In this document: in pieces, positions 26,401-39,700 of the stretch
Layout: every line of letters starts with the position of its first letter
Numbering within the stretch: position 1 is the stretch's first letter
Assembly: GCF_028641065.1 (NCBI RefSeq)
Contig: NC_073406.1
Location: forward strand, 6,324,001 to 6,388,000
Direction: 5' to 3'
Length of the DNA stretch: 64,000 nucleotides
DNA from: Leucoraja erinacea
Taxonomy: Eukaryota
Notes under the pieces: generated by a model
Databases searched by the model: none
Told to the model about the DNA's origin: nothing
Seen by the model: only the letters and a program-made list of their open reading frames with translations
Position numbers and translations under genes: made by a program

Positions 26401-29400
26401 TGTTTTCATCAATTTGTCAGATGCCAAAACCACTGCGGAATCTGTGTGTCAATCACTTCTTGGGTATAACTCTCACTATTTGTTCAGCTGTCATCAAATG
26501 CTGTGCTGTAAATGCTGACCTGTGTAAGGCTAGGAATAGAAGTTGAGAAGTAATTTGAATACAAGAGCAAAGTGGTCATACTGCAATTCATGCAACTCAT
26601 TCAACCATATCCGCAATGATCTTCATTAGGTCTCTCTACCTAAGAAAATATCTCCTTGCAATAGAGGGAGTGCAGTGAAGGGTCACCAGACATGCTCTCC
26701 AGATTCTAATGGAAGGAGTGGCGAACTCATTGAAACATACAAATTATTTTTTAACATGGCTTAACAGAGAAGATGTTACAAGGTGTGATGTGGACAAGCT
26801 TTGATGTGGACAAGCTTTTCCCTTTGAGAATAGGGAAGATTCAAACAAGAGGACATGACTTCAGAATTAAGGGACAGAAGTTTAGGGGTAATATGAGGGG
26901 GAACTTCTTTACTCAGAGAGTGGTAGCGGTGTGGAATGAGCTTCCAGTGGAAGTGGTGGAGGCAGGTTCATTGGTATCATTTAAAAATAAATTGGATAGG
27001 CATATGGATGAGAAGGGAATGGAGGGTTATGGTATGAGTGCAGGCAGGTGGGACTAAGGGGGAAAAAAAGTTGTTCGGCACGGACTTGTAGGGCCGAGAT
27101 GGCCTGTTTCCGTGCTGTAATTGTTATATGGTTATATGGTTATATGTAGAGATGATATTTCCCCTGGCTGCAAGTCCAGAACCAGAGATGAGAATACATT
27201 TCTTCACCAAAAGAGGCATGAATTTGTGTTTTTCTACACAAGATGGCTATGAAGGCTCAGTCCCTGAATATTTTCAAGACAGAGATCAATAAGTTTTTGA
27301 ATGTTTATGGAACTGAGGGATATGGCATTAGTTCAGGAAGGTGACACTGTGGTAAAAGATCAGCCATAATCTTCTTGAATGGTGGAGGAGGTAGCTGCCT
27401 GTGTCCATTTCTTACATTCTTAAATAACCTAGCAAGAAGACAGCAAGGGATGAGCTCTGCACACAACACTGAGTCGGCTCTACTAAAAGCCACAATGAAT
27501 ATTTTCTCTCTGACATTAACCACAGTTCTCGCCCTTAGAATTATTGAGTTATACAGCATGGCAACAGGCCCTTTAGCCCAGCCCATTCATGCCGACTGAG
27601 CAGTCTTCCAGGCCTAATGCCATTCCTTCTCTCCAGAAATGCTGCCTGTCCCGCTGAGTTACTCCAGCATTTTGTGTCTAACCTCAATGCCATTTCTCTG
27701 CAGTTGGCCCATATCTCAAAATCTTTTCTATTCACATACCTGTCCAAACATCTTCTAAATGACCTCAGCTGATGGTTTGACTACGGCAGTCTCTTCCAAA
27801 GCATTTTCTCTCTTGTCCATCTCAACGGGAATGTATTTGACTGACTTTATGCTTAACAATCATGCCCTCTATTTTTGTGGTTGTGATTTCACTTTGCATC
27901 CCCACACAGGGGTATGTGCAGGAGTTTAAATCTGACTACTTTTAGGGGGTGCTGAGTGTGATGTCTTTGTTGAGTCCCACTTGCATACTCTGGAGTTGCC
28001 TCTCCAAGGCTGGGAGTCCCACATACAAATGAATGAACTTTTTTTTTTCCACACTCCAAATCGGACAGAACATCTCGTTTCAGACAAGGAAACTTCTGCA
28101 ATTCTGCATTATTGCTTCCAAGTATCAACTAACTATAGGAAATCTGCCTTGTTAAAAATCACTATCTCTGGTCCTGTACCCACCCCTTCCTTTGACCAAT
28201 GACTACTGCCCAAAGTTCCTTGTTGAGAATGTTCCTCTCTGATTGTGGCACTGGTATTGTACAGCTTAGACGAAGGAGGACTGTTTCTCATATTGTCTTT
28301 GCTGGAAGTTACACCTTATGTTGAGGATCTTGTTTTGAATGAGCACAGCAGTTTGTGAGGCAAATTTACCAAAGTTGTTGACAACATAAACATGCTATAG
28401 TATAGAGTGGGAGATAAATTCCTGATTTGTGTTTAATTGGCCAAAGCCCTAAGAGGAGATTTTTGTGTAAGTACATGTTGCTTTCAGTTCGAGGGAAACT
28501 CAATAACTTTAAAAGGGAATTAAATTAATACAAGAAAAACTATGTCTTCAAGCACTCTTTATTGTTTGTGAGGTATTACTATCTTTTAAATGGGTTAGAT
28601 TCAGAACAACTGTAAAACTGGGCATACATATATGACATAATCAGTGACATCAAAGCATAACACATTACTCATCCTTACTGACAAACTGTGAGGCCATCGT
28701 TGGTTCAATGAGGTACGCCAGGAACAAGATATACGTATAATTGGCTAAGCTGTAACTCAAACCTAAGCATTAAAAAAAAGTTTGACATTGGCAGAGTTGG
28801 GCACTGTGGAATACATAAAGGCTCCACAGGGGGTGGTCATAACTGGTCATAAATATGGTGGACAGCACAGCAGTCTGTGAATGTATTCTTATCCTCAGTA
28901 ATGGTGGTGCCCAACACTTGAATGTTAAAGGCAAGTCTGAAGCAAATGTAGCCAACTTCAGGTAGAAGTGCTAACAGAGACAGGTTGATAGACCTGAATA
29001 CTTTTGCTGCAGAACTTGCCATGCCTCAGAGCCAGCTGTTTGAGTACAGCTACAATACCAGGTTAGAAGTTGGATATTCTATTTCAAGTTACTTAACATC
29101 TGACGGAACAAAGCCTTTCCATAATCAATGAGCACAAATCAGGAGTATGATGAAATATTGTCCATATACCATGATAAATACACCTTCAACTTCACTGGTG
29201 AATCTCAACCCCATTTAGGATCTAACAGCGTTCTTGACTGATACTGGATCACTCACCCTAAACATTCACTCTCATCACTTGGTACCATCAACAAAATGCA
29301 CTGTTGTTATTTGTTAAAGTTATTTAGTTAACACCAACCGGCTCTCAAAATTAGAAATGGGCAAGGACAACACCTGCAAGAGATTATCAATATATGCAAT

Positions 29401-32400
29401 TTCTTCTTCAAAATACATTCTAGTCTTGAAAATATATTACCAATCCTGCATCATAACACTGGGAGTACCCTCATCCAGTGGACTGAAGGAGTTCAAGTTA
29501 TCTCACCACTATCTTCTCAAGGAGTTAGGAATCAGCAATAAATATAAGCTTTGTCAGCCACGGGCTGTAGATTGAAGGAATGGTTTTAATAGCCTAATCT
29601 GTCCATATGCTTCATTCTGTGCTGTATGGTTAAATGAGATACACTGCCTAATCTTAAACCCTTGTTGTGAGCTGTTTGTTTATCACTAGTGTGCTCTCTC
29701 TCTGCAGGTTGGCTTTCATTTGAAGGGATGTTGCTTTTCTACACCGACTTCATGGGGGAGGTGGTATACGGGGGGGATGCCAAGGCACCTCTCGACTCGG
29801 AAGCATTTCAAAAGTACAACACAGGAGTGAGCGTGGGTTGCTGGGGAATGTGTATCTATGCATTCAGTGCAGCTTTATATTCAGGTAAGGCACTGAATCT
29901 ACACTGTGGGACTGCTCAAGCACCAATACTAACAACACAATGCAATGCCAAAACGAGTTACATATTTTTGACAAAATACATCACATGAATTTGAGTTAAA
30001 ATATACATTTATTAAATCGTGGTAGACACAAAATGCTGGAGTAACTCAGCAGGACAGGCAGCATCTCTGCAGAGAAGGAATGGGTGACGTTTCAGGTCGA
30101 GACCCTTCTTCAGATTGATGTCAGGGGATATTAAATCGTGGTGTTGTATCTCATTACACCAGTAAAACTACATCATCTTTTAGACCAAAGCAGAATGTGC
30201 GCCGGTAATTTGTCCAAACCACCGTGGAACGGCAAATCTGAAACCCTCATTATATAATCATGCATCCAATTTCCCAACTATCGCTACCAAAAGCTTGACA
30301 ATCTCCCCATAGATCTTCCTGCCCCTTATGTCTCTCTATCCCTTAACACTCATGATTCCAGGCTTGATCCAGCCTGACCACCAACCGTCTCTCCCCCACC
30401 CCTCCCAGCCCCAAGACCTTTGGACAACCTCTGCTAGCTCATCAGTAACAAACATAGCTGTGGTTATCTTATTGTCCTTGGATCAAAGGCCTTTCTTCAT
30501 GTTTAATTTGTGCCTCATTTGGATAGAATCTGGCTGTTGGGCCCCTACAGTGCAATGTCAGTGAACCCTGAAGGCGTGCAGGATTTCTACACTGATGACC
30601 CCTGTTCAGATTCAGTACTATGCTGAATTCCAGGCAGTCTCATTGTGGATTTGTCTATTTGTTGCCAAAGGGCAAGGTACTCAATTCTGGGACATTGAAC
30701 TTTGTAATTAATCTGGGAGTATCTAATCTGTTACATAGGGAGGCCTCAGGAATGGCGGTCCAATGCTCTGTAGAACTGGAAGAATTTGTTGACATTTGTT
30801 GCATGCAAGTTCCATGTTGTTGGGATTGGCAAGTAGTGTGGTCCATAAATCATATTCAGAATGGTTAATTCAATGCAATAATATAAACAAGTAAAAATAT
30901 CCATATACAGTACCATCATTTTAAATTGTATTGGTAAAACTAAAAAAAAGCCAACAAGTATGCCATGGGAAATATGCAATGTCAACGATACAGAATGGCC
31001 ATTTTTTTCATGGGTGTGATTGCTATGTTTTCTGTGGGCAGAGTGGTCATATTTGCTGAAGTCAATCTTCTCCTGCTGCTGTGGACATATTGGCTATTAT
31101 GAAAGATGGCCGTGTTTATTGTGAGCTGGGTAGCCATGTCTGTTTTGAGTACTTGTTGTGATGGCCGTATGCAGTAGGTATGGTGGCTGTGTATATTGAG
31201 GGCATGGCAATCATATTACCTGTGACAGTATACTCTGTGAATAGGGTATCAGTAGGGGATGTGTGGCTCAGTTTTAAAACGATCTTGACTAATTCTGGCA
31301 ATGGGAATTCATTAAGAATTTCTCTGTAAAAAAAAGACAAACAGAATGCACAACTGGATCTGTGAAGGTAGCTCCATCAACTGCCAACATCCGGAACATT
31401 GCATTCTTTAATTTTGATAATTATCGAAGAAAAACCATTTTTCCCTCTGTTTCTGGTAAAACAATGTGTTGCCACAATTTTCTGTGAGTTTATCAGACTT
31501 CAGATTTCTATTTGTCCTTATTATTATACGTAAACTGTGTGCCTACACCCGAGAGTAGAGTAATTCTCCATTGACCAAACACACTCAGAGAGCACGGTTT
31601 CTGTGCAGAGATTGTGAAACCTGTTGATTGAGCTGAGAGAAAACAAGATCTGAATGTGTGCAAAAGTGAACCACAACCTCTTTTCGCAGCAATTCGTATC
31701 AAAATGTGGAACTGAACTCGAGACTGTGCCTTATGAGCCAGCATGGTGTGTGAAAGCACTGCCCAGTGTGGAACTAAATTATGCAGTATACTACCATGGC
31801 ATTCAACAACTGCAACCTGAGATACCAGCACCTAACTTGGCAGCATCCAGTTTGCCAATGGTCACCACTTTGGCATCATTCAGCATGCCAGCACTACACA
31901 ACACATCACCACTCATCACACCAGGATGCAATAAATCATAATCCATTATACTAACTCTAACTTTATCTTCAAACATTTACTCTACTTTTCTCAACACATT
32001 TTCAGCTTTGTTTTACACATTTCTCATTATGCAGTATTTTGATTTTCTTCAGCCATCTCATTTAAGCATCCAACACATAACACCAAAAAGCCCTTGCGTA
32101 ATATGACTGCTCTATAACCCTGACCATAACCACTGGATCCAGGTATCTAGTTTTCTATCACATGTTCCTTTCTTTCTACAGCAATGTTGGAGAAGCTTGA
32201 AGAGCACTTCAGTATCCGAACTCTCTACTTCTTTGGTTATCTATGCTTTGGAATTGGCACTGGCATATCTACCCTGTCCCGGAATAGCTATGTTCTTTTA
32301 TCACTTTGCGTTACATATGGGGTCCTGTTTTCTTCACTCTGTACTCTGCCCTACTCGTTGCTGTGTGAATACTACCAGAGCAAAAAGGTATAAACTCATA

Positions 32401-33382
32401 ACAAAAGTGTACACTCACATAATGCATACTATAGTTAATAACAAAACTGCATCCAACCAGCATCGGAGAACAGTTTTTGAGTTGCTTTTGGTTCTGCTTT
32501 TTTTAAATTTTGAGATATAGGAGACTGAGCCAAGAATTTTTGTTGTTAAAGCCTGTAAGGATTTACCATGTATCTGATCAAAGCCAGAGAGGTGGAGAGA
32601 GCAAATCAATGATATCTAGGACTATTGCATTGTCAGCATTAAACATTCTCCTGAGATTGGGAGACATTCTAGTGAGAGGGACATAATTTGGAGACCAATT
32701 TAGGAGTTTAGCAATTTGCAGAATTTGTGATATAAGATCGTAAAGATAAAGAGGCTACTCCACCTTGATCTATACTTATCCTGAATATGTTTAGTGGGTT
32801 AGGGTTTGAATTTAACCTGTGTGGTACTTGGACTATTTGATAGAACAATGTCGAGGGAGCTTTATTATGTGTCTAATGCATCTTGTATCTGCCTGTGGAG
32901 CATTTGATGGGTCTGTGTAACTTTACCCAGAATCTAACCTGTGTTGCGTATGCTTGAGAGTGCCAAGGTGCCGTCTTTGACTGAAATGGATAATATTTAA
33001 TTCACATTGACTTTTTATTTTAAAGTTATCATTGTCTCTTGTTGTTCCATTGATCTTTTGTTATGACTAATGCTGATGGATATCTGTCTCTAACATGCAG
33101 TATATTATTCTTTTCTAGTTTGTAGGACCACATGCGAATGGGACTAAGCGAGGGATGGGTGTGGACATTTCACTCCTGAGCTGCCAATACTTTCTTGCAC
33201 AGATCATCGTTTCTATTGTAATGGGCCCGCTAACATCAGCAGTTGGTAGTGCCAGTGGGGTGATGTACTTTGCCAGTCTGACCTCTTTCATCGGGTGCCT
33301 GTACTCTTCTCTGTTTGTAATTTATGAGATTCCTCCTGATGATGAAGTGGAGGAGCACACTCCTCTCCTCGTGGACACCTGA
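17094..33382 (+). CDS. slc45a1: SLC45A1-like proton-associated sugar transporter A (MFS), 8 coding exons, 735 aa
   Basis: join(17094..17487,19248..19340,22765..22989,23222..23916,26310..26463,29708..29884,32182..32387,33119..33382) = 2208 nt. All introns GT-AG with compatible phases. Motifs [115 protein letters not shown] are SLC45A1-type. Confidence 0.93.
18130..18632 (+). mobile_element. CR1 LINE 3' end
   Basis: aggttcacaagattgatccctgggatg...SLEFRRMRG; tail gaatggcctcctcctgcacctattttctatgt. Confidence 0.85.
19248..19340 (+). CDS. slc45a1: SLC45A1-like coding exon 2
   Basis: ttgcag|[31 protein letters not shown]|gtgagt, 93 nt; frame not shown in ORF track. Confidence 0.92.
19930..20490. 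mobile_element. Unclassified interspersed repeat with 5' palindrome (possible Helitron-like non-autonomous element)
   Basis: Starts gactaagcaggacccattgggtcc (palindrome); internal ~32-bp duplication cgttccccaacgcaatattccaccactcaccc; C/T-rich tract; CpG-rich. Confidence 0.35.
20891..22003. mobile_element. Non-autonomous Tc1/mariner-superfamily (pogo/Tigger-like) DNA transposon
   Basis: Perfect 22-bp TIR CAGGTGCACAACCTTTTATCCG at both ends; TA at 20889-20890 and 22004-22005; no transposase. Confidence 0.85.
22765..22989 (+). CDS. slc45a1: SLC45A1-like coding exon 3
   Basis: ttccag|[16 protein letters not shown]...[11 protein letters not shown]|gtttgt, 225 nt. Confidence 0.92.
23222..23916 (+). 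CDS. slc45a1: SLC45A1-like coding exon 4 (includes large cytosolic loop)
   Basis: atctag|[30 protein letters not shown]...[10 protein letters not shown]|gtacag, 695 nt. Confidence 0.92.
24828..25275 (-). mobile_element. CR1 LINE 3' end
   Basis: [51 protein letters not shown]. Confidence 0.85.
25881..25975 (+). mobile_element. Truncated PIF/Harbinger-like MITE fragment
   Basis: Begins gtcccactta, the same terminus as the MITE at 40940; CpG-rich. Confidence 0.35.
26310..26463 (+). CDS. slc45a1: SLC45A1-like coding exon 5
   Basis: ttacag|[12 protein letters not shown]...[11 protein letters not shown]|gtataa, 154 nt. Confidence 0.92.
26545..27410 (+). mobile_element. Old CR1 3' end with a nested young CR1 (~26790-27144, ATATGGTT tail)
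   Basis: [48 protein letters not shown]; same subfamily as 11922-12469. Confidence 0.8.
29708..29884 (+). CDS. slc45a1: SLC45A1-like coding exon 6
   Basis: ctgcag|[24 protein letters not shown]...[15 protein letters not shown]|gtaagg, 177 nt. Confidence 0.93.
30024..30128 (-). mobile_element. 105-bp Penelope-derived mini-element with 14-bp TSD
   Basis: TATTAAATCGTGGT at 30010-30023 and 30129-30142. Confidence 0.8.
30086..30113 (-). ncRNA. Minimal hammerhead ribozyme core (Penelope-type)
   Basis: Minus strand reads CTGAAGA-A-GGGTC-TC-GACCT-GAAA-CGTC: both conserved boxes, helix II, palindromic ACGT helix III and a GUC triplet. Confidence 0.6.
32182..32387 (+). CDS. slc45a1: SLC45A1-like coding exon 7
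   Basis: ctacag|[20 protein letters not shown]...[15 protein letters not shown]|gtataa, 206 nt. Confidence 0.92.
33119..33382 (+). CDS. slc45a1: SLC45A1-like last coding exon
   Basis: ttctag|[28 protein letters not shown]...[10 protein letters not shown], stop TGA 33380-33382. Confidence 0.92.
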   Translation, partial: FVGPHANGTKRGMGVDISLLSCQYFLAQIIVSIVMGPLTSAVGSASGVMYFASLTSFIGCLYSSLFVIYEIPPDDEVEEHTPLLVDT

Positions 33383-33994
33383 TAGCAGCAGTTCCACGTG
33401 CAAACCATTCAAAGAAATTGCAGTTGAAGTTTCGCACTTTTTCCAAGATTTCCACAACCAAATCATCATTGCATAAAAAGAATTAGAAATGATGGACTAA
33501 TTCCTATTTTTTTTTAATCTGTGCCAGTCCCTCTGGAATATAAATGCAAAAATATATATGTAATATAAAAGCTATGAGAATTAATTAACTAGTGGCAGTG
33601 ATATGCATGGGTTACAAGTAAAAAGTCTGCACTTCTCTCAGGCGCATATGACCGTGTGGGAGTGGGGCCCCAGGCACAGACTGTGGCAACACAAGGCGTA
33701 TCATGTTACCAAGGGTTTGTAAACCATGTGCATCCTGTGCATCCCCGTTTTATTTCCAGCCATTAAAAACTGTTCAACTACATTAGATCTTTCCAAATTA
33801 AATGTCCTTTTCGCAGTGTTGGAAAGAGTTGGGAATATCACAATCGATCACAATCACAATAATACTTTATTATCCAAGTATGTTTTGCAACATATGAGGA
33901 ATTTCATTTGCCAAGTCAGTCATACAAATAAAACGAGTGGTTAAATTGAGAACATAGTGAGAATGATACATTGTATGACAGTCCCACATTCCAT

Positions 33995-34330
33995 CTTTAC
34001 TTTAGACTTTAGAGATTAATTGCGGAAGCAGGCCATTCGGCCCACCAAGTCTACGCCGACCAGCGATCATCCCGTACCAAGTCTACGCCGACCAGCGATC
34101 ATCCCGTACGGTAATACTATCCTACACACAAGGGACAATTTTACCAAAGCCAATTAACCTACAAACCTGTACACCTTTAGAGTGTGGGAGGAAACCAGAG
34201 CACCCGGAGAAAGCCCATGCTGTCACAGGGAGAATGTACTAACAATATACAGACAGCACCTGTGGTCAGGATTGATCCTGGGTTTCTGGCACAGTAAGGT
34301 AGCACCTCTACCGCTGCGCTACGTGCAGCC
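33995..34330 (-). mobile_element. tRNA-derived V-SINE (HE1-like), near full length
   Basis: tRNA-like 5' end (gcgcagcggtagag...ccaggatcaatcc), core tttctccgggtgctctggtttcctcccacactc, LINE-like tail; internal ~32-bp tandem duplication at ~34045-34108. Confidence 0.75.
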
Positions 34331-37300
34331 CTAACTGATCTTGGTCTAATGGCAACAGTGATTATAGTTGTTACAATTTGAATCAGGGAGTGTCCCCACT
34401 TAAAGATCATTATCCAGTGACTGCGGCAGTGGGTTTGTGTATTTGTGCTGTCTGTCCCAGGACCGACATTCCAAGGGTTTGTACAAAGGAAACCTCACAC
34501 ATCAGGGACAGATATAAACTAAAAATCTGTCCATCTGAGATTAATTGTGCATTCCCTATATTAACTTTTTTAATGACTCTAGCTTCCTCAGAGTTTAATA
34601 AAACCCTACATCAGAGAGAAACTTCACCTTATATTTTAGTGATATGGTTGCAAGTAGATATTTTTATGGATAATTTAACTAACTAACTTTTGTCAACTCT
34701 ACACTTATTAATGTCACATTATGGTTAATCTTTGCCATTAACGTTTGCTCACTACAACTTGGACAATCCTTGCTCAAATATTTTTTGGAATCTATGGTGC
34801 TGTGACTAACAGGGGGCTTTATCAGTCCATTAGATAGGAACGTAAAAACAAAGGATCAAAAGTAGTTCAGTCTGCCGTCTCTGTCATTCAGAAAGATCAT
34901 GGTGATTTAATCTTGGCCTCAACACCACTTTCCCACATTCTCCCCATGTCCCTTCACTCCCTTATAGTTCAAAAATGTATCAATGTCCACCTTGAATATA
35001 TTTAATGGCATTGTCCTCATGGGTCTGTGGGATGAAAAATTACAAAGAGTCATGATCCAAAGTTGTGATATTCAATTTGCCAAATTCTTGCTCAGTGGCC
35101 TCTTATTGTTGTTCAAATTGAAGCTTGCATCCCTTAGAACAAAGGTGATTGTTTCATGAAGTACCTAAGTCACTGCTCCTCCGTAATATCCTGTGGTTGA
35201 TTGCTGAATAAGTGAACATCTTTCCCCAATAGCAGGAGAAGGGAATGAAATTTGAGATGCTTGGATTGGGTAGCATGTAACTATTTATTCAGTAAATACT
35301 GGAATCTGAAGAAAAATGAATTGCTGAAGGAACTCGGCAGATCGAACAGCATCTGTGGAGGCAAACAAATTAACGATTTGAGTCAAGACCCTGCATCAAC
35401 GCAAGAGTCTCGGTCCTAATTTCTAGGAATGTTCACAACTCCTTCACCTCCCCAACACATTCCCAATTGCTGCTTGACCCACTGAGTTCTTCCAGCAGTT
35501 TGATTTTTATGCCAATATTTATTTCTACGGGTGATGATGAAGAGCACACATCCATTATTATGTGTGGGTAAATATGAAAACATGCTCACAGAGGTAAGGG
35601 ATAGTCAAAAAATTCTGAAAATACGCAGCAGGTCACCAGAACTTGCTGATAGAAGGTCATTGAGCAGAATAGTAACTGTGTTTTCCTCTTCACAGATTCT
35701 GGTTAACCTGCTGAGTATTTCAAACACTTTTTTTTAGATTTCCAGCATCTGCCGTAATTTGCTTTTGCACTGGATTGATAGGGGAGCCTGGTCAGTTCAC
35801 TTTGAATGTTATCTGATTGTGTTGATGGAGTGGAGTCACAGTAGGAAACAGGACAATTAGAGCACTAATTAGCAGAGCAAAAAAACATCTTATACCAGCT
35901 CAGTCCCTCACTCAATTTGAGTGCAGGAAGGAAACATGTTTATAATTGTATTAATCTTTACTCTGATTCTAGGTAAAAACTTATTGCACTTGTAAATGAT
36001 TATTGACTTGAATATGAATGACACAGTAAGGACCTTGGTTTAAAAAAATGAGATTAAATAGGTCCAAAATGTTGTTCTTCTGTGTCATTTATTTAATTAT
36101 ATTGATCAGTAACTAAATATTTCAAACCCGTTCAATCATCATCAAGAGTACTGATCTCAATTAGACCTCCAGCTTGAAGATACAATTTGTTTCCGTGCCT
36201 TTGGGATAATGGCAGACAGAGTTAGAGAAGGTTTTTGCTTCAGGTTATCAGGCGTTTTAAGGGATGGGCTTGGATATAGTGCTCATTACAAACCTACCCA
36301 TAGAAGGATTTGCCCTGCCTTAACAAATGTTAATGTTCTGCTTCACTGCACTGTCTGATCTATCTTTCTTTCACCCTGCAGCAGGTGGAGAGCTTTGTTG
36401 CTTTTGCACTGCGATTTGTGCTTTGTGGATTATCACAGGGTTTCAGTACAATTAAAAAAATGTTCCTCTTCATCAATGTCATTGTTTGACACCAGAGGGA
36501 GCCACGGATACACCGTTCTGGCTGCAATGCATTCACATCACTACATCCATCTGCTCCACAGCCTGGCCAAACCTACATAACTAAGCAAGATTAGTTAGGG
36601 TGTAATTTCAAAGCTGCACTTGTCGGTTGTAAGCTGGAGATAGCATTACCAATTTATTAAAGGAAAAGGGAGATGGGAAAAGGAGAAAGTGATGGAGCTT
36701 GATCTGTCATTGATCTATTCAAATCTCAAATTTCCTGATTTTGTTTCTGTATCTCTACTTTGGTTAACATTGTAGAGCTGGAGATAAATTGTCACACTGT
36801 CACCTTGCCATGATTGCTTTGAAATTTCCTGGGGCTCCAGCAATCCTTGCTCTTGGTCCTGTACTTTCCCACAACAATGGGTGATTAGAGCAGCTTCCAA
36901 CCAGTATTCCCTATTTTCTTCTGTGTTGGATCCAGCTCTCAAAGAACACACCGGATCTAAATAAATCCATCAGACCATGGATGAGGGACAAGGTACCTGA
37001 AAAGATTGAGCAATGCTGAACAAATTTCCTTGGGGAAGATTAAGGAAAGTATTAATAGAGCTATTCAAAATCATAAAAGGCAGGAGCGAAGGGGATCCAT
37101 GTCCCAGTGATAGTCGGCAACTTCAGGGGAGGGAACTGGATCTCAGTGATGATTAGCACTAACAGGAAAGGAGGCAAATCAGAAAACCAACCTCAATTGA
37201 AGTTCCACCAGTCAATTCATGGAAAGCTTTTGATGAATATTTAGATTTGTTCCTAATCATCCATTCCTTCTCTCCAGAGATGCTGCCTGTCCTGCAGGGT

Positions 37301-38372
37301 ACATCTCTTTCAGAACCTTCCACCAAGTCTCAGAGTGTAACTTCTGGGAACACTTCACAGCTGATCAAATCCGTTGAGATTGAAACAACTTTGCTCATCG
37401 GTGCTGGTAATTGGCAATCTCCTGTGTGATGCACCTCAGGCAGGATAATTAAAATTAGCACATAACAGAAAACATGTTCTCCTGTTGCCAGCCACCTCTG
37501 TGCAAGCATTGCCTCTGAAAGAAGTCTGCTCATTCAAAAGAGACAAAAATTTTGCAAAACTGCACCTTCTGACTCCAAGTAGGGTTCACGTCCTGAAGAA
37601 GAGTCTCGACCCAAAACGTCACCCATTCCTTCTCTCCAGAGATGCTGCCTGTCCCGCTGAGTTACTACAGCTTTTTGTGTCTTATCTCCTGAAGATACTG
37701 ACTGTAACTGTGATACACAGCCATGATATCATCTAGTTCCTAATGGCTGAGAATAAAATTGCTTGGTTGATAACAGGCCAATTTAATTTTTTTTAATGGA
37801 CAAGACAACATGTGCAATTTCCACTTTATCATATAGATGTTGCTTTCTATAGTGTTGTTTTCTTCTTAGGCAGTCCTTGGGGATTGGGGTGATTTGTGTC
37901 CACTATATGGGTTCTGAGATGATCAATGAGCTCCATGAGGTACCCAGCCACAGGTGGGGAAGGTGGGTGGGTTATTTTGATTATTTCCACTGGTTACATT
38001 TGGCCGTCGTATGCTTCTGTTGGAAAGACTTGAAGTGGCAGGAGCCCGTCTCAATGCTTTTTCCCCCATTTCAAGCGGATTTGGGAAAGGGATTCCCAGC
38101 AATGGATGTCACACTTCAGTGAAATGTTGAGAACATTGATTCTGGATTTTTTTCCTCTGTTCGCCAGAATCTCAGAATAGAGTGTCTGCTTTGAGACTCT
38201 GCAGTAAGGCGGGTGTGTGTGCCCAATGAAGCAGGTTGAGTTTAGTTACAATCTCAGTGCTGAGGATGTTGGCCTGGGTGAGGATACTGACATTGGTTCA
38301 CTTATCCTGACAGTGTATTGGAAGATTTTGCAGACACAAATGGCTGTGGTCACTCATACTGATGCTAACATG

Positions 38373-38509
38373 CTGATCAGTCTGAAGAAGGGTCTCGACC
38401 CAAAACATCACCCATTCCTTCTCTCCAGAGATGCTGCCTGTCCTGCTGAGCTACTCCAGCATTTTGTGTCTATCTTCAGTTTAAACCAGCATCTGTAGTT
38501 CCTACCTAC
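38373..38509 (+). mobile_element. 137-bp Penelope-derived mini-element with 15-bp TSD
   Basis: actgatgcta(a/t)catg at 38358-38372 and 38510-38524; contains ctgaagaagggtctcgacccaaaacatc. Confidence 0.75.
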
Positions 38510-38949
38510 ACTGATGCTATCATGGACAGATACATTTTCAGTAAGTGGATCGATGAGGATGGTGTCAACTAGATTTAACCTTCAGATTAGTCAATCCATG
38601 CAACAGAACTAGTGTGGAAGTTCTGTCCAGTGAGGTCAGTAAGTGGTGATGCTATCAAGCCACTATTGGTGATGGCATTGAAGTCCTGACGCATAATGTA
38701 TTATTTTTCCTTACTTTACACACTGCTGCTCACAAACATTGTTCAACAGTTAATTCATCAACCAATCAGGAGGCATCTTTACATGCATCTGAAACTTCAT
38801 GGGGTCTGGAGTCAATGTGTGACTCACATATCTAAGACATTGAACCATCACCTAACGTGGGATTGCATGTCAGTAACAAAAAACATACCAGGGATTGTAA
38901 TGCAGTGGATGTCTGGCTGTAATGGATTGTTACATATGAAAGTGGTGCA

Positions 38950-39700
38950 GGAACAGACCCAGTGAGGCCTGCTCCACCATCATCAAGATCATGGCTGATC
39001 TACCTCACAGTCATTTATTTGCATTAGCCGCCCATCCCCTGATTCTCCTTAATTTAGTGAAGTTATTCATCTTGTTTTGAAGGAACTCAATGACTGTGCC
39101 TTCTAATCTCACTGGGATAGAGAATTCCAAAGATTCACCATCTTCTGCATAAAGAAAATTCTCCTCTAAGCTGGGGGAAAAAAAACATTCTCCCTGCATC
39201 CAGCATGCTGAGCCCTGTAAGCATTTTGTAAGTTTCAATGAGATCACATTCTTCCAAACTAAAGAATACAAGTCTAATCTACTCAATTTCTCCGTACATG
39301 GCAAATGAGTCATCCTTGGAACCAGTCGAGTGAATCTTTGTCGGATACTCTGAGGGAAGTATAACCTTTTTTTAGGCTACAAAACCAAACTATACACCGT
39401 TGTATTCTGGGGTCCTATATAATTGAATAAGACTTCTTTATTCCTGTAGTTAAATCCTCTTGTTTTAAAAGCCATCATACCATTTGTCTTACTAATCACT
39501 TTATGTTTCCGCATCTTTTAGTGTCCTGGTACTTGGATACCTAGATCTTTTTGAGCATTACCCAATCTCTCATCATTTTAAAGTGCTAGGTTTTTCTATT
39601 TCATAGACCAAAGAGGATAACTTCACATTTTTGCACATTCTTTTGCATCAGCCGTTTTCTGGTCCATACATTTGGCTTCTCTATATTCTCATGAAGCCCA
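38950..39700 (-). mobile_element. Old CR1 3' fragment
   Basis: EKLSRLDLYSL and degenerate FF..R..NLWNS motifs. Confidence 0.65.

Noticed and set aside
34255-34330. tRNA gene
   Set aside because: tRNA-derived head of a V-SINE; degenerate boxes, no complete cloverleaf.
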